A stretch of 62,254 nt of DNA, the filler included, from Rhizaria sp. SCN 62-66 (Eukaryota), in assembly GCA_001724265.1 (NCBI GenBank). It is 7 parts of 7 records of this genome, joined end to end, with 100 filler letters (N's around TTAATTAATTAA, not from the genome) between each part and the next. Parts side by side here need not be neighbours in the genome. Positions count along the whole stretch, not along the records: positions 1 to 8,039 come from MEDY01000593.1; positions 8,140 to 23,217 come from MEDY01000594.1; 5 more parts are not named here. One strand, written 5' to 3'. The notes under the pieces were generated by a model. It did not search any database, had not been told where the DNA came from, and saw only the letters and a program-made list of their open reading frames with translations. Every line of letters begins with the position of its first letter. Within the stretch, counting starts at the first letter, position 1. Of this stretch, positions 1 through 9,064 are shown in pieces. The translations under genes were made by a program, and so were the position numbers.

Positions 1-2136
1 GCCGACGCCGCGCGCGCTGCCGCGGCCGCCGCGCGCGCCGCCGCTACCGCGGCTGCCTCGGCCTCGGCCTCCGCAGGGCCCGCGCCGGTGCCCAGGCCCA
101 CGCTGCCCGGCACGCCGCTCGTGGGCAGCTCAGTCGCCGCTGCCAACGCGGCGGCGGCGGCGCCCGCGGCGGCGGCGGCGGCGGCGGCGGCCCCGCGCCA
201 AATTTCCGTGACCATTGCTCCCGACGCCCCCTTGGCGCCCCCCTCGGCCTCTGCCTCCGCCTCCGCCGCAGCGGCAGCGGCAGCGCAGTCGAGAGGCGGG
301 CACGGCGGGCACGGCGGGCATGCGCAGCACCAGCCGAGCGGCGTGAGCGTCGAGTCTCTGGGCCACGAGGCCCATAGTGGCGGGGCGGGGGGCGAGGACC
401 AGACGTACTTCGCGACATTCGACGCCACTGCGCTGTCCACGGCCTGGACCAGGCTCGGAGGCATGGCTCGGTACGTATTAGTCAACATCTCTCGAAAAGA
501 AGAGGATTGATATGAATTATTACGAATACTTGTACATGAGTGTATTTTAGGATAATCTATGGTGTATTTAATTTTTATCTCAATTAACTGACATATATAC
601 TGGTTTATATTCTCTGTTGCGTTTTACCCTGTTTGGCCCGCTCGCAGGCAACAAGAGGAGCGCATCAACTCCCGCGAGCGCGCCCGCCGCAACCTCCCTG
701 CTGCCGGCGCGCAGCACGACGGGACCGCCACCATGCGCCCCTCTGCTGACGGCGGCGACGAGGACCGTGAGCGCTTCGGCCAGCACCGGCCCGCCGACGA
801 CGCCGCGGCCGCGGCCGCTGCCTTCATCGTGAGCGACCCCTCTGCGCCGTCTCGCACCCCCGCCGAGGCGGCAGCGCTGGCGGCCGAGGCCGCGGCGGCG
901 CTGGCGAGCAGCAACCTGATGCGCGCGATGACGCCGCGCACGAGCATGGAGATCGTGCAGCGCCAGCTGCCGCTGCTGCTGCTGTTGCCCTGCGACTGCG
1001 CGCTCGACGCGCCGCTCACGCGCGCGTTGGCCGCCGTCGAGGCCACGGCCCACAAGCGCAGCTGGCGCTCACGGTTCACCTTCGCGTACGTGCCGACCGA
1101 CGCGCAGAAGGTCTTCGAGCTGACCAACACGTACCAGCTTGACTCGCAGCTCGTGACAGTGGGCATCTGCCCCGAGCAGCGCTGCCCCGGCAACACTAAA
1201 ACGGTCCCCGTGCGCTTCGCGCGGCCCTTCCCACGCGGGCCCCCGCGCGACCTGACGCTGGCGCTGTACAACGAGTGCTGCGGCGACAAGTTCCATCTGG
1301 CCGCCGAGGACGTCACGGCCGTGGGCTTCACCCTGCGCGTGACCCGCGAGGACCCCGCCGGCGACAAGGGCTGGGGCCAGGTCCTCAAGATCCGTTGGAA
1401 CACGCCCGACCTGCCCGCCACCGCGCCGGGGGGGCTGCCTGCCGTAGTGCTCGACAACGTGCCCATGGGTGTGCACGCGGAGAAGCACCGCTTCACGCCG
1501 CCGCGGCCGCTGTGGGACGTGTCCGAGGCGGCCGTGAAGGAGACGGCGGCGGCGCTCGTGTCGTTCCTGGAGGACTTCCAGTTGGGCGCGCTGCCGCTCA
1601 TCGTGCGCTCGCAGCCGCCCGCGGCGACCAACGCGCTCGTCACGATGGGCTCCGCCACGGACGTCGTCGGCGACACGTTCAGCAGCGTGGTGCTGGACGC
1701 CACGCGCGACGTGCTTCTGTTTGTGTACGCGCCCTTCTGCGGCGGCTCCATGGCCGTGATGCCGCTCATCAACCAGGTCGCGCAGGAGCTCTCGGCGCTC
1801 TCCTCGCTCGTGAGCGTGGCGCGCATGGACAAGACGCAGAACGACTTCCCCGTCACGGGCATCAAGGTGACGCACTTCCCGACGATCCTGTACTTTCCCG
1901 CGGGCGACTACGACGACCCCTCGTATCGCGTGTATGACTACAGCGACTACAACGGCTCCAAGGTGCCGCACAACGCGCTGCGCCCGCACTCACACTTCAC
2001 CAAGGACATGCTGCTCAAGTTCATGTGGGAGCACGGCAGGCGCACCAAAGAGTGGCCCGCGCCGCTGGCGCAGCAGATCAAGGACTCGCGCAACGAGATG
2101 TACGTGCATGACCACGATCACGCAGGACACCACTGA
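1..2136 (+). CDS. PDI/thioredoxin-fold protein with H-type-lectin-like insert (5' partial; exons <1-470 and 648-2136)
   Basis: Frame is open from base 1. Intron 471-647 (GTACGT...CGCAG) joins MAR|QQEE in frame with ORF 733-2136. C-terminal PDI a'-like domain (VVGDTF..VVLDATRDVLLFVYAPFCGGS...VARMDKTQNDFP...VTHFPTILYFP). Stop TGA. Confidence 0.75.
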
Positions 2137-2971
2137 GCACGGAAGCCGAGTGTGACTGACTGTGGGCAGCAGTGAGGCTAGCTCCACAGTCGGGAGTATT
2201 ATCTTAGGGACTTATCTTAGTGTGGTTTGTAAAATGCTGTGCGAGTGATGACACTTGTTGGTGTTCGAGAAGACAGCAGAAGTGGCCACATAGATGAAGT
2301 AGGTTATGTTATGGAGTACACGTACGGACGTACGCACATTGTTATGATTGAATGAGTGTGCGTATCGAGTTCAATTGCGCGCAGTTACATTGTAAAAATA
2401 AAGCTAACCTTTTCAAGCTTAGTGTCGTTTAGATGAATCGTGAATTGACGACGTAACTCATATTTATGAAGTCTTCAATTCTTTCGCCTCGATTATAAGT
2501 GGTCGGTCTTCAACGAGCGACTGCGGCAGCTTGGTGCGTGCCACAATGCTGCGATAGACAGCTGCAAACAATACTACAGAGCGCCGACAGTCAACAGCAA
2601 GTTAGTCTCGCTCGAGGCACGCGAGATGTGCATTTATTCATGGAGTGGCAGAGCTATGAGGAGGTTATCACAAGTTAGACAACGTATCACGGACTAAAAA
2701 AGTTATTTTCCAAATAAAAAGTATCAACTGTATGTTAAAATTAAGTCAAATAATTGGTTACGGCTATTTACATCCCAGGGTTACGTCGTTTGGTTCGATT
2801 GCTCGCGCTCAGACCGAAGGTTCCACCACGGTTCGCGAAAATTAAAGTATTTCTGTCCGACCGACCGTCTCGAAGAGGAGTGGCTGGGAGTGCTATTTTT
2901 GTGTGAAACAAGGTGAATATCAGCGTATTTCGCATTCTAATTTTGCCACTAGGTCTAGTGCAAAGGAGGAA

Positions 2972-5602
2972 ATGTGGAGGCTGTTACAGTGCCGGTCTCA
3001 TCGGAGGGTATCCCTCTTTCTGGGATGTCTGGCACTGATTTTCTTCTCTGCTGTTGCTGAGGGTCTCCTTCACAGTACGTCTCCCCACACCACCCCTTTT
3101 CCTTTTCTCAACTTCCTTCCACTTCTGCATGATACCTCCGCTAATTTTCTACATTTACATTTTACTTTTGTGCTTATAGCAGCAGAGCCCGCGGCGCCCG
3201 GCGGACCCGCGCGGTGCTCGTCGCAGGTGGACCATGTCTCGGTCGCCGAACCCTCGTGCTTCGCGCGCGGCATCCACGGCCAGCCGGGCGTCTGCGGCGC
3301 CTACTCGCTCTCGGCCCAGGAGCGCGGCTCGCTCGTCTCTATCTCCGCCGGCTGCGGCGTTACTGCGCGCACCTACGAGCTCGGTCTGCTGCGACTTAAT
3401 TTGCCAGCGGCGCATCGGCTAATCCTCCGCCGCAACCGCGATCGCGACGCGAGCAGCAAGAGCGAAGGGGGCAGTGGTGAGAGCGGCACTGGCTCTGCGC
3501 TGTACGAGGACGTGCCCGTGGACGGCTCGCTGACCGACGCTGCGCTGCTCGGCGACGCGCTGGAGGTCGTCTGCCCCGCCGCTCTCGCCAGCAACATCGA
3601 CAACATCGACAACAACTTCGACATGAGCAGCAAGAGCGAAGACACCGTTGTCTTCCGCCTCGAGGGCTCCGACCGCGCCGCCCTTGCCTCTCACGCCTCT
3701 GCCTCTGCCTTTCCTGCTCCTGCCGCGGGCGGCCGCAACGCCACCACGTCGTCGCCCCTGCTGTCGACCCGCGCGTCCGAGCTCTCTGCGCGCGCGTGCG
3801 GCAGCAGCCTGTGCTGCCTGGGCACGCCCGAGTGGGGCGACGCGCCGCTCTTCCTGCTGCCCTCGCTGCGCCCGCACGCCGCGTCTCCGCTCGCGGCCCA
3901 CCTCCGCGCCGCGGGTCTAGTTGCCCCCGACGAACTCAGTGCCCCGCCGAAGGGCCAGGGCGCGGCTAAGGGGCCCGGGGTGACGCTCACGGCGGCGCTG
4001 GTGCTGTCCATCGCGTCCCCGTTCCACCGCGTCCGCTTCCTTCCCCGCCCCCTCCATAGTAGCGCCCCCAGCGAGGGCGACGGCGGTGCGAGCGCGACGA
4101 GCCGCGAGGCGGTCAGCGCGCTGCTGGCTCAGTGCCGCCTGCGCGTCGTGCCCCCCGCGGAACAGGCGCGTCATCCGCCCGCGCGCCTCCTCGCCGCCGC
4201 GCCACGCTCGCGCCGTGCGCAGGCGCTCAGCAAGCGACGCAGTGCCGGCGACGGTAGCGCCGGTGACCGTGTGTGGCCCGTGCCAGAGTCCACCGTGTGT
4301 CCTGCTGCCGCCGCGACCGTCTCAGACAGCGGTGATGACGCTGACCCCGTCTCTCGCTCGGGACAGCTGGTGGAGCGCACTTTGGTGTACGCGGTGCCGT
4401 CTCAGGCTGCGCTTGCCCGCGGCGCACGCGCCCGCCGTCGCGCGCTCGCCGGCGGCGGCGGCCATAGTAGCGAGGCGGGGGGAGCCCGCGTGGCGCCCGT
4501 CTCCGCGTCTGGCCGCCGCCTGCGCCCGCGCTCCGCCTCGGGCCTCGTCCTCAACCACAACGGCAACGGCCAGAGCGATGGCGCTGGTGCTGGCGCTGAG
4601 GCCGAGGTCTCCGGCTCCGGCGCCGTGCGAGGGCTCGACGATCGTGGCCACGCGCTGCCCGCGGACCACCGCAGCCGCCGTCTGCACGCCGGCGCTGGCG
4701 ACTCCGAGGACTATGGGGACGATGACGATGACGACGACGACGACGCCTACAGCGGCGACGAGGAGGACGAGGAGGGCGGCGTGGCTTACCGCCCGCCGCC
4801 GGTGCCGGGAGCCGTGTCGTTCCTGCAGCTGCGGACCTTCCACAAGTTCGTGGGCATGGCCACCAAGGCCGTGCTCAAGCCGATGATCGAGGAGACTCAG
4901 GACCAGACCGGGCTCGCTGACGGCCAAAGCATGCAGGCGACGCTCAAGGCGAGCACGATGCAGCGCGCGCCGCCGCAGGTGATCCACATGGTCAAGGAGC
5001 CGATGCGGCGCAACATCACCAACATGGTCACCGAGGCGACGTCGTTCGTCGTCACCAACACGCTCGCCAAGTCCATTCCGGGCGTCATCGCGCCGCACAT
5101 CTCGGACGGCATGTACGACAAGGTCATCACCGCCGTCGTCACGGCCATGACGCCGCTACTGGAGCGGTCCATCAGCTACGACGTCATGGTCGCCGTGCCC
5201 GCGACGCTGCGGCGCTCGCTGCCGCTGGCGCTGACGCACACGCTCACGCGCGCCGTCACGCACGCCGTGGTGCCCGCCGTGGCGGCGGCGCTGTCGCACT
5301 CGACAACGGCCAACGAGCACTGTCGGTCCTGCTACTACGAGCAGAAGGGCTGCCACCTGTGCTCGTCGTCGGAGCAAAGCACGTACTACCGCAACTACCA
5401 CGCGACGCACTTCGCCGACTACTACAGCAACTACTACACGCCGTACTACTACAACGCGCTCAACAAGGTCGTCAACAAGGACTCGCCCGACATGGTTCCG
5501 CAGTCGGCTGGCAGTATCGACCACACCGGCGAGGGCACGGAGACGCTGCCCATGGCGGGCATGAGCGTACCATCCGTCCCGGAGGACAAGAAGGAAGAAT
5601 GA
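2972..5602 (+). CDS. Secreted uncharacterised protein with C-terminal helical, CxxC-x6-CxxC and Tyr-rich region (exons 2972-3074, 3180-5602)
   Basis: ATG at 2972 is followed by a signal-peptide-like VSLFLGCLALIFFSAVAEG. A 105-nt AT/pyrimidine-rich in-frame intron lies at 3075-3179 (GTACGT...TATAG). GC-rich coding-like codon use continues to TGA at 5602. Confidence 0.7.
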   Translation: MWRLLQCRSHRRVSLFLGCLALIFFSAVAEGLLHSTSPHTTPFPFLNFLPLLHDTSANFLHLHFTFVLIAAEPAAPGGPARCSSQVDHVSVAEPSCFARGIHGQPGVCGAYSLSAQERGSLVSISAGCGVTARTYELGLLRLNLPAAHRLILRRNRDRDASSKSEGGSGESGTGSALYEDVPVDGSLTDAALLGDALEVVCPAALASNIDNIDNNFDMSSKSEDTVVFRLEGSDRAALASHASASAFPAPAAGGRNATTSSPLLSTRASELSARACGSSLCCLGTPEWGDAPLFLLPSLRPHAASPLAAHLRAAGLVAPDELSAPPKGQGAAKGPGVTLTAALVLSIASPFHRVRFLPRPLHSSAPSEGDGGASATSREAVSALLAQCRLRVVPPAEQARHPPARLLAAAPRSRRAQALSKRRSAGDGSAGDRVWPVPESTVCPAAAATVSDSGDDADPVSRSGQLVERTLVYAVPSQAALARGARARRRALAGGGGHSSEAGGARVAPVSASGRRLRPRSASGLVLNHNGNGQSDGAGAGAEAEVSGSGAVRGLDDRGHALPADHRSRRLHAGAGDSEDYGDDDDDDDDDAYSGDEEDEEGGVAYRPPPVPGAVSFLQLRTFHKFVGMATKAVLKPMIEETQDQTGLADGQSMQATLKASTMQRAPPQVIHMVKEPMRRNITNMVTEATSFVVTNTLAKSIPGVIAPHISDGMYDKVITAVVTAMTPLLERSISYDVMVAVPATLRRSLPLALTHTLTRAVTHAVVPAVAAALSHSTTANEHCRSCYYEQKGCHLCSSSEQSTYYRNYHATHFADYYSNYYTPYYYNALNKVVNKDSPDMVPQSAGSIDHTGEGTETLPMAGMSVPSVPEDKKEE

Positions 5603-6075
5603 GCGTGAGTATGTGAGTATGTGACTAGAAGTGAGTTGGAGGAGGCGAGAGGTGAGTTGTTGGGAAACTCAGTTCTCAGGCCAGGCCACTGTCAATAAGA
5701 TATGACAGGATATCAATCATACAGTATAAGCTTATCAATACAAAATACACATACAAATAGTTTTAACATGCTTAGTTGTTAACTACTCGCAATATTAATC
5801 GCAATTGTACCATCACGTCGCCAATGACTTTCATGGAGTGGGTCAATCCAGCGTGTTATTTTGCTTTGGTATCAAATAGAATTTGTGTTTATTCACATCA
5901 TATATACATATGCTATTATATTACGTTTCACTCATCTTAACAAACCCACATCAGTCTCGTGTGCGTGTGCCGTAGCATAATAATCGCTATTGCTCCGCAG
6001 CAGCACGCAGCACAGCGCACACCTCACGCACACGCACACCTCGTCGTCGCGCGCGCGTCACGTCGTGCAGCGCGC

Positions 6076-7326
6076 TTAGAAGGAGTTCTTGCGCTCTTCG
6101 ACGACGGGGCCGGGGCCAACCGAGGACACGAAGAGGTTGTACACCTTTTCGTCGTCCTTGGTCTTGAGCTCGCCGTCGACGCCCACGGCCTTGACCCAGG
6201 CCTCGGGCACCGCGGGGGCGGCCTCGCCGCGGCCGACGTAGCTCAGCTTCATCGGGTCCGCGGCCCAGTCGGCGCCGGCGGCCTCGGGCTTGAACATCTT
6301 GGTGACGAGCGAGAGCACGAGCTCCATGTTCTCCTCCAGCAGATACAGCACGGCGTTGGGTCCAGCGTCGTAGGTGTATGCCGCCACAGGGGGCTTGTCC
6401 TCGGCGGCAGCCAGCGCGTTGAGCGCGTGGATGACGGCGATGATGCGCTTGGAGGCGGCGTTGAGGTAGAAGATGGGCGGGTAGGTGTCGAGGCAGACGG
6501 CGTGGAACTGGTTCGAGTCCTTCATCGTCTCCTCAGCAAAGGCCGCGAAGTCCTTGGCCTTGATCGCGGCCTCCATGCGCTCCATGCGCGCCGGCACGAC
6601 GTTCTTGATGCGGTGCTGCAGCAGGTCCGAGGTCTGGACGGTGGTCTCCATACCCGAGGTGGACGGCACCTCCTTCTGGCCGCCGTGCGCGACGAGGATC
6701 AACACGCGCATCTCGGGCCAGTGCTGCTCGTCCGCGACCTGCACGGCGTAGGAGTCCGCGCCGTCGGCGCGCGCGCCCTGCTCCCACTTGACCCAGCCGC
6801 CGTAGAGCGAGCGGCAGGCCGAGCCGGAACCCTGGCGCGCGATGGAGCTGAGGTCACCGTCGAAGGTCTCCTGGACGTTGAAGACGGTGGCGAGGCACTT
6901 GGTGAAGCAGGCGAAGCCAGAGGCGGAGGACGCGAGGCCAGCCGCGGTAGGGAAGTTGTTCTCGGAGATGATGCGGAGCTTGTACTGGGGCCAGTCGGCC
7001 TTGGCGATGAGCACGGCACCCTCGTCGGAGAGGAAGTCGCCGGCGCGGGCGCGGAGGGCGGACAGAACGGCAGAGAGACGCTTGGAGCCAGCGATGTTCT
7101 CCTCCTTGCCGTTGAGGGTCATCTCGTCCTTCTCGAAGGTCTTGGACGCGATAATCGTGGTCTTGGAGCGCATGGAGCCCTGGTGGATGGTGCCCGAGAG
7201 CGAGGAGTTGGTGGGCAGGATGAGCTTGCTGTCGCGCTTGCCCCAGTACTTGACGACGGCGATGTTCACGGGGGCGGTGCACGTAACGAGCACGGCGTCC
7301 TTGGGAAGGGTAGCGTCGAGAGGCAT
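6076..7326 (-). CDS. MVD: Diphosphomevalonate decarboxylase
   Basis: Motifs APVNIAVVKYWGKRD, NNFPTAAGLASSASG, ARQGSGSACRSLYGG, DSNQFHAVCLDTYPPIFY, YTYDAGPNAV. Stop TAA. Confidence 0.97.
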   Translation of the reverse strand: MPLDATLPKDAVLVTCTAPVNIAVVKYWGKRDSKLILPTNSSLSGTIHQGSMRSKTTIIASKTFEKDEMTLNGKEENIAGSKRLSAVLSALRARAGDFLSDEGAVLIAKADWPQYKLRIISENNFPTAAGLASSASGFACFTKCLATVFNVQETFDGDLSSIARQGSGSACRSLYGGWVKWEQGARADGADSYAVQVADEQHWPEMRVLILVAHGGQKEVPSTSGMETTVQTSDLLQHRIKNVVPARMERMEAAIKAKDFAAFAEETMKDSNQFHAVCLDTYPPIFYLNAASKRIIAVIHALNALAAAEDKPPVAAYTYDAGPNAVLYLLEENMELVLSLVTKMFKPEAAGADWAADPMKLSYVGRGEAAPAVPEAWVKAVGVDGELKTKDDEKVYNLFVSSVGPGPVVEERKNSF

Positions 7327-7909
7327 TCGAGCGGTCTATATACGTTGGCACAGAGGACAGAAGCAGTGGTTGGAGCACGCACGCGTGGCGGGAAGCGGGG
7401 CAAATGGAGGCGGACACGAGGAAAAAAATGAGTGAGTGCGCCACGATAAAAAAAGCGGAGATACAGTCAGATAAGGAAGATCTTTTAAGATGCCGTTAAA
7501 CGCCACAGCCAATACTATCTAAACAAAGTGGCACGCACTCGCACAACACATGATACATGGCGCATGAAAGGTTGAAATATCACCCAGGTTTCTCTCGTCA
7601 TCCCCGTCGTCGCTTGTTGGCCAGTCAAAACGTGTGGACCGAAAAACTCACGATATTGGACGTAGGATGGAAGCAAAAAACGGGATAGCCAGCACAGATG
7701 ACAGATCTAGAGCAGTTCAGGATAGAACAGAGGAGATGAAGTATCCACAGTGTGTTGTATTGACGCATTTTGGCGTGGATTGGCCACCCTTAAGCAGCGA
7801 ACTAGAGAGGAGAGCCCCAGAGCAAAGCAAGCGAGCGAGACGAGAAAACGCACCACCCACGCGGCGTAGCGACGCGCGCTTTGCCCCAGCGCAAGTGTCG
7901 TTAGGGCAC

Positions 7910-8038
7910 TCACTGGGACTCGGCAGTCTGGAGGCGGGCCGTGCGGTTCATGACGCGGATGTCGAGCTGGTCAGCGCGCTGAACGATCTCCTTGCGGGTG
8001 CGGGCAGAGACGCTGTGGTTGATGACGGCGGCGTACTC
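7910..8038 (-). CDS. RPL32: 60S ribosomal protein L32 (eL32), C-terminal fragment cut by contig end
   Basis: Translates EYAAVINHSVSARTRKEIVQRADQLDIRVMNRTARLQTAESQ*, matching the eL32 C-terminus. Stop TGA. Not present in the ORF track. Confidence 0.9.
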   Translation of the reverse strand, partial: EYAAVINHSVSARTRKEIVQRADQLDIRVMNRTARLQTAESQ

Positions 8039-8039
8039 G

Positions 8040-8139
8040 NNNNNNNNNNNNNNNNNNNNNNNNNNNNNNNNNNNNNNNNNNNNTTAATTAATTAANNNNN
8101 NNNNNNNNNNNNNNNNNNNNNNNNNNNNNNNNNNNNNNN
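8040..8139. other. Artificial contig spacer (N44-TTAATTAATTAA-N44)
   Basis: 100-nt N run with a six-frame stop linker. The same spacer occurs at 23218-23317, 31968-32067, 39883-39982, 47369-47468 and 54855-54954. Confidence 0.98.
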
Positions 8140-8140
8140 G

Positions 8141-8410
8141 CGTCTCATCTTCCAGGGCAAGCAGCTCGATGATGGCCGCACCCTCGCGGACTACAACGTC
8201 CAGAAGGAGTCCACCCTTCACCTCGTCCTCCGCCTCCGCGGTGGTGTCATGGCCCCTGCCCTTGCCGAGCTTGCCAAGAAGACCAACGTCGACCGCAAGG
8301 TTTGCCGCAAGTGCTACGCCCGCCTCTCCCTGCGTGCCGTTAACTGCCGCAAGAAGAAGTGCGGCCGCTCCGCGTCCCTCCGCCTCAAGAAGGTCCCCAA
8401 GTCCAAGTAA
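8141..8410 (+). CDS. UBA52: Ubiquitin-60S ribosomal protein L40 fusion, 5' partial
   Basis: [35 protein letters not shown] followed by an eL40 zinc finger (VCRKCYARL...NCRKKKCG). Stop TAA. Confidence 0.95.
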   Translation, partial: RLIFQGKQLDDGRTLADYNVQKESTLHLVLRLRGGVMAPALAELAKKTNVDRKVCRKCYARLSLRAVNCRKKKCGRSASLRLKKVPKSK

Positions 8411-9064
8411 GCGCCCTGTCTCTCCCGACAGTGCTCTTGCTGCTCCGACTGCAAGACACTCGCCGGGCGGCGCCCTGTCCTCTCCCGCTCTCGCCGACTG
8501 TTGCGAGGGCGTACGAGGCGCAGGGCGCAGCGCGGTGGTGCCCCTTCTTACTTCCATCTCCATCCACATCTTCCCCTGCGTGCGAGCGATTGCGCGCGGA
8601 GTTGTTTTACCTACTATGTGCTGCTGACCAGACCAGAAGTGTTGGTGTCTCGAGAACGTGTTGTTGATGCGTAACGTGAAAATGAGTGTATTAATCTATC
8701 TCCTTTTTATAAAAGCAACCCATAATACACATTGAGAGGCACAAGTGCCTGAATGATCCATCTCAACCTTTTTGTCCTCATTTGTGGCTAGGACAACTTT
8801 TTCAGGTCCGTCCTCTCTCCAGTCAAATTTTGGTCAAACCGCATATAGCCGTTGGAGCGTTGTCGTGATGGCCGTTGGCGATGGACTTCTTGGAATTGTC
8901 TATATCTCTATACTACTTGTGTGAAATGTGGATATAGCAAAATGTCTAATTCAATTGCTATAGTTTGTAATTGATCAGTAATTTGTACTTCCGAAAGAAT
9001 GCGTCTTAACCCATTATTTTTCCATGCTTATGTGCGCACGCCACGCCAGAGAGCATCAAGTCCC

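Noticed and set aside
8040-8139. TTAATTAATTAA palindrome repeated six times within N runs
   Set aside because: Artificial six-frame-stop spacer between contigs, not biology. Adjacency across spacers is unproven.
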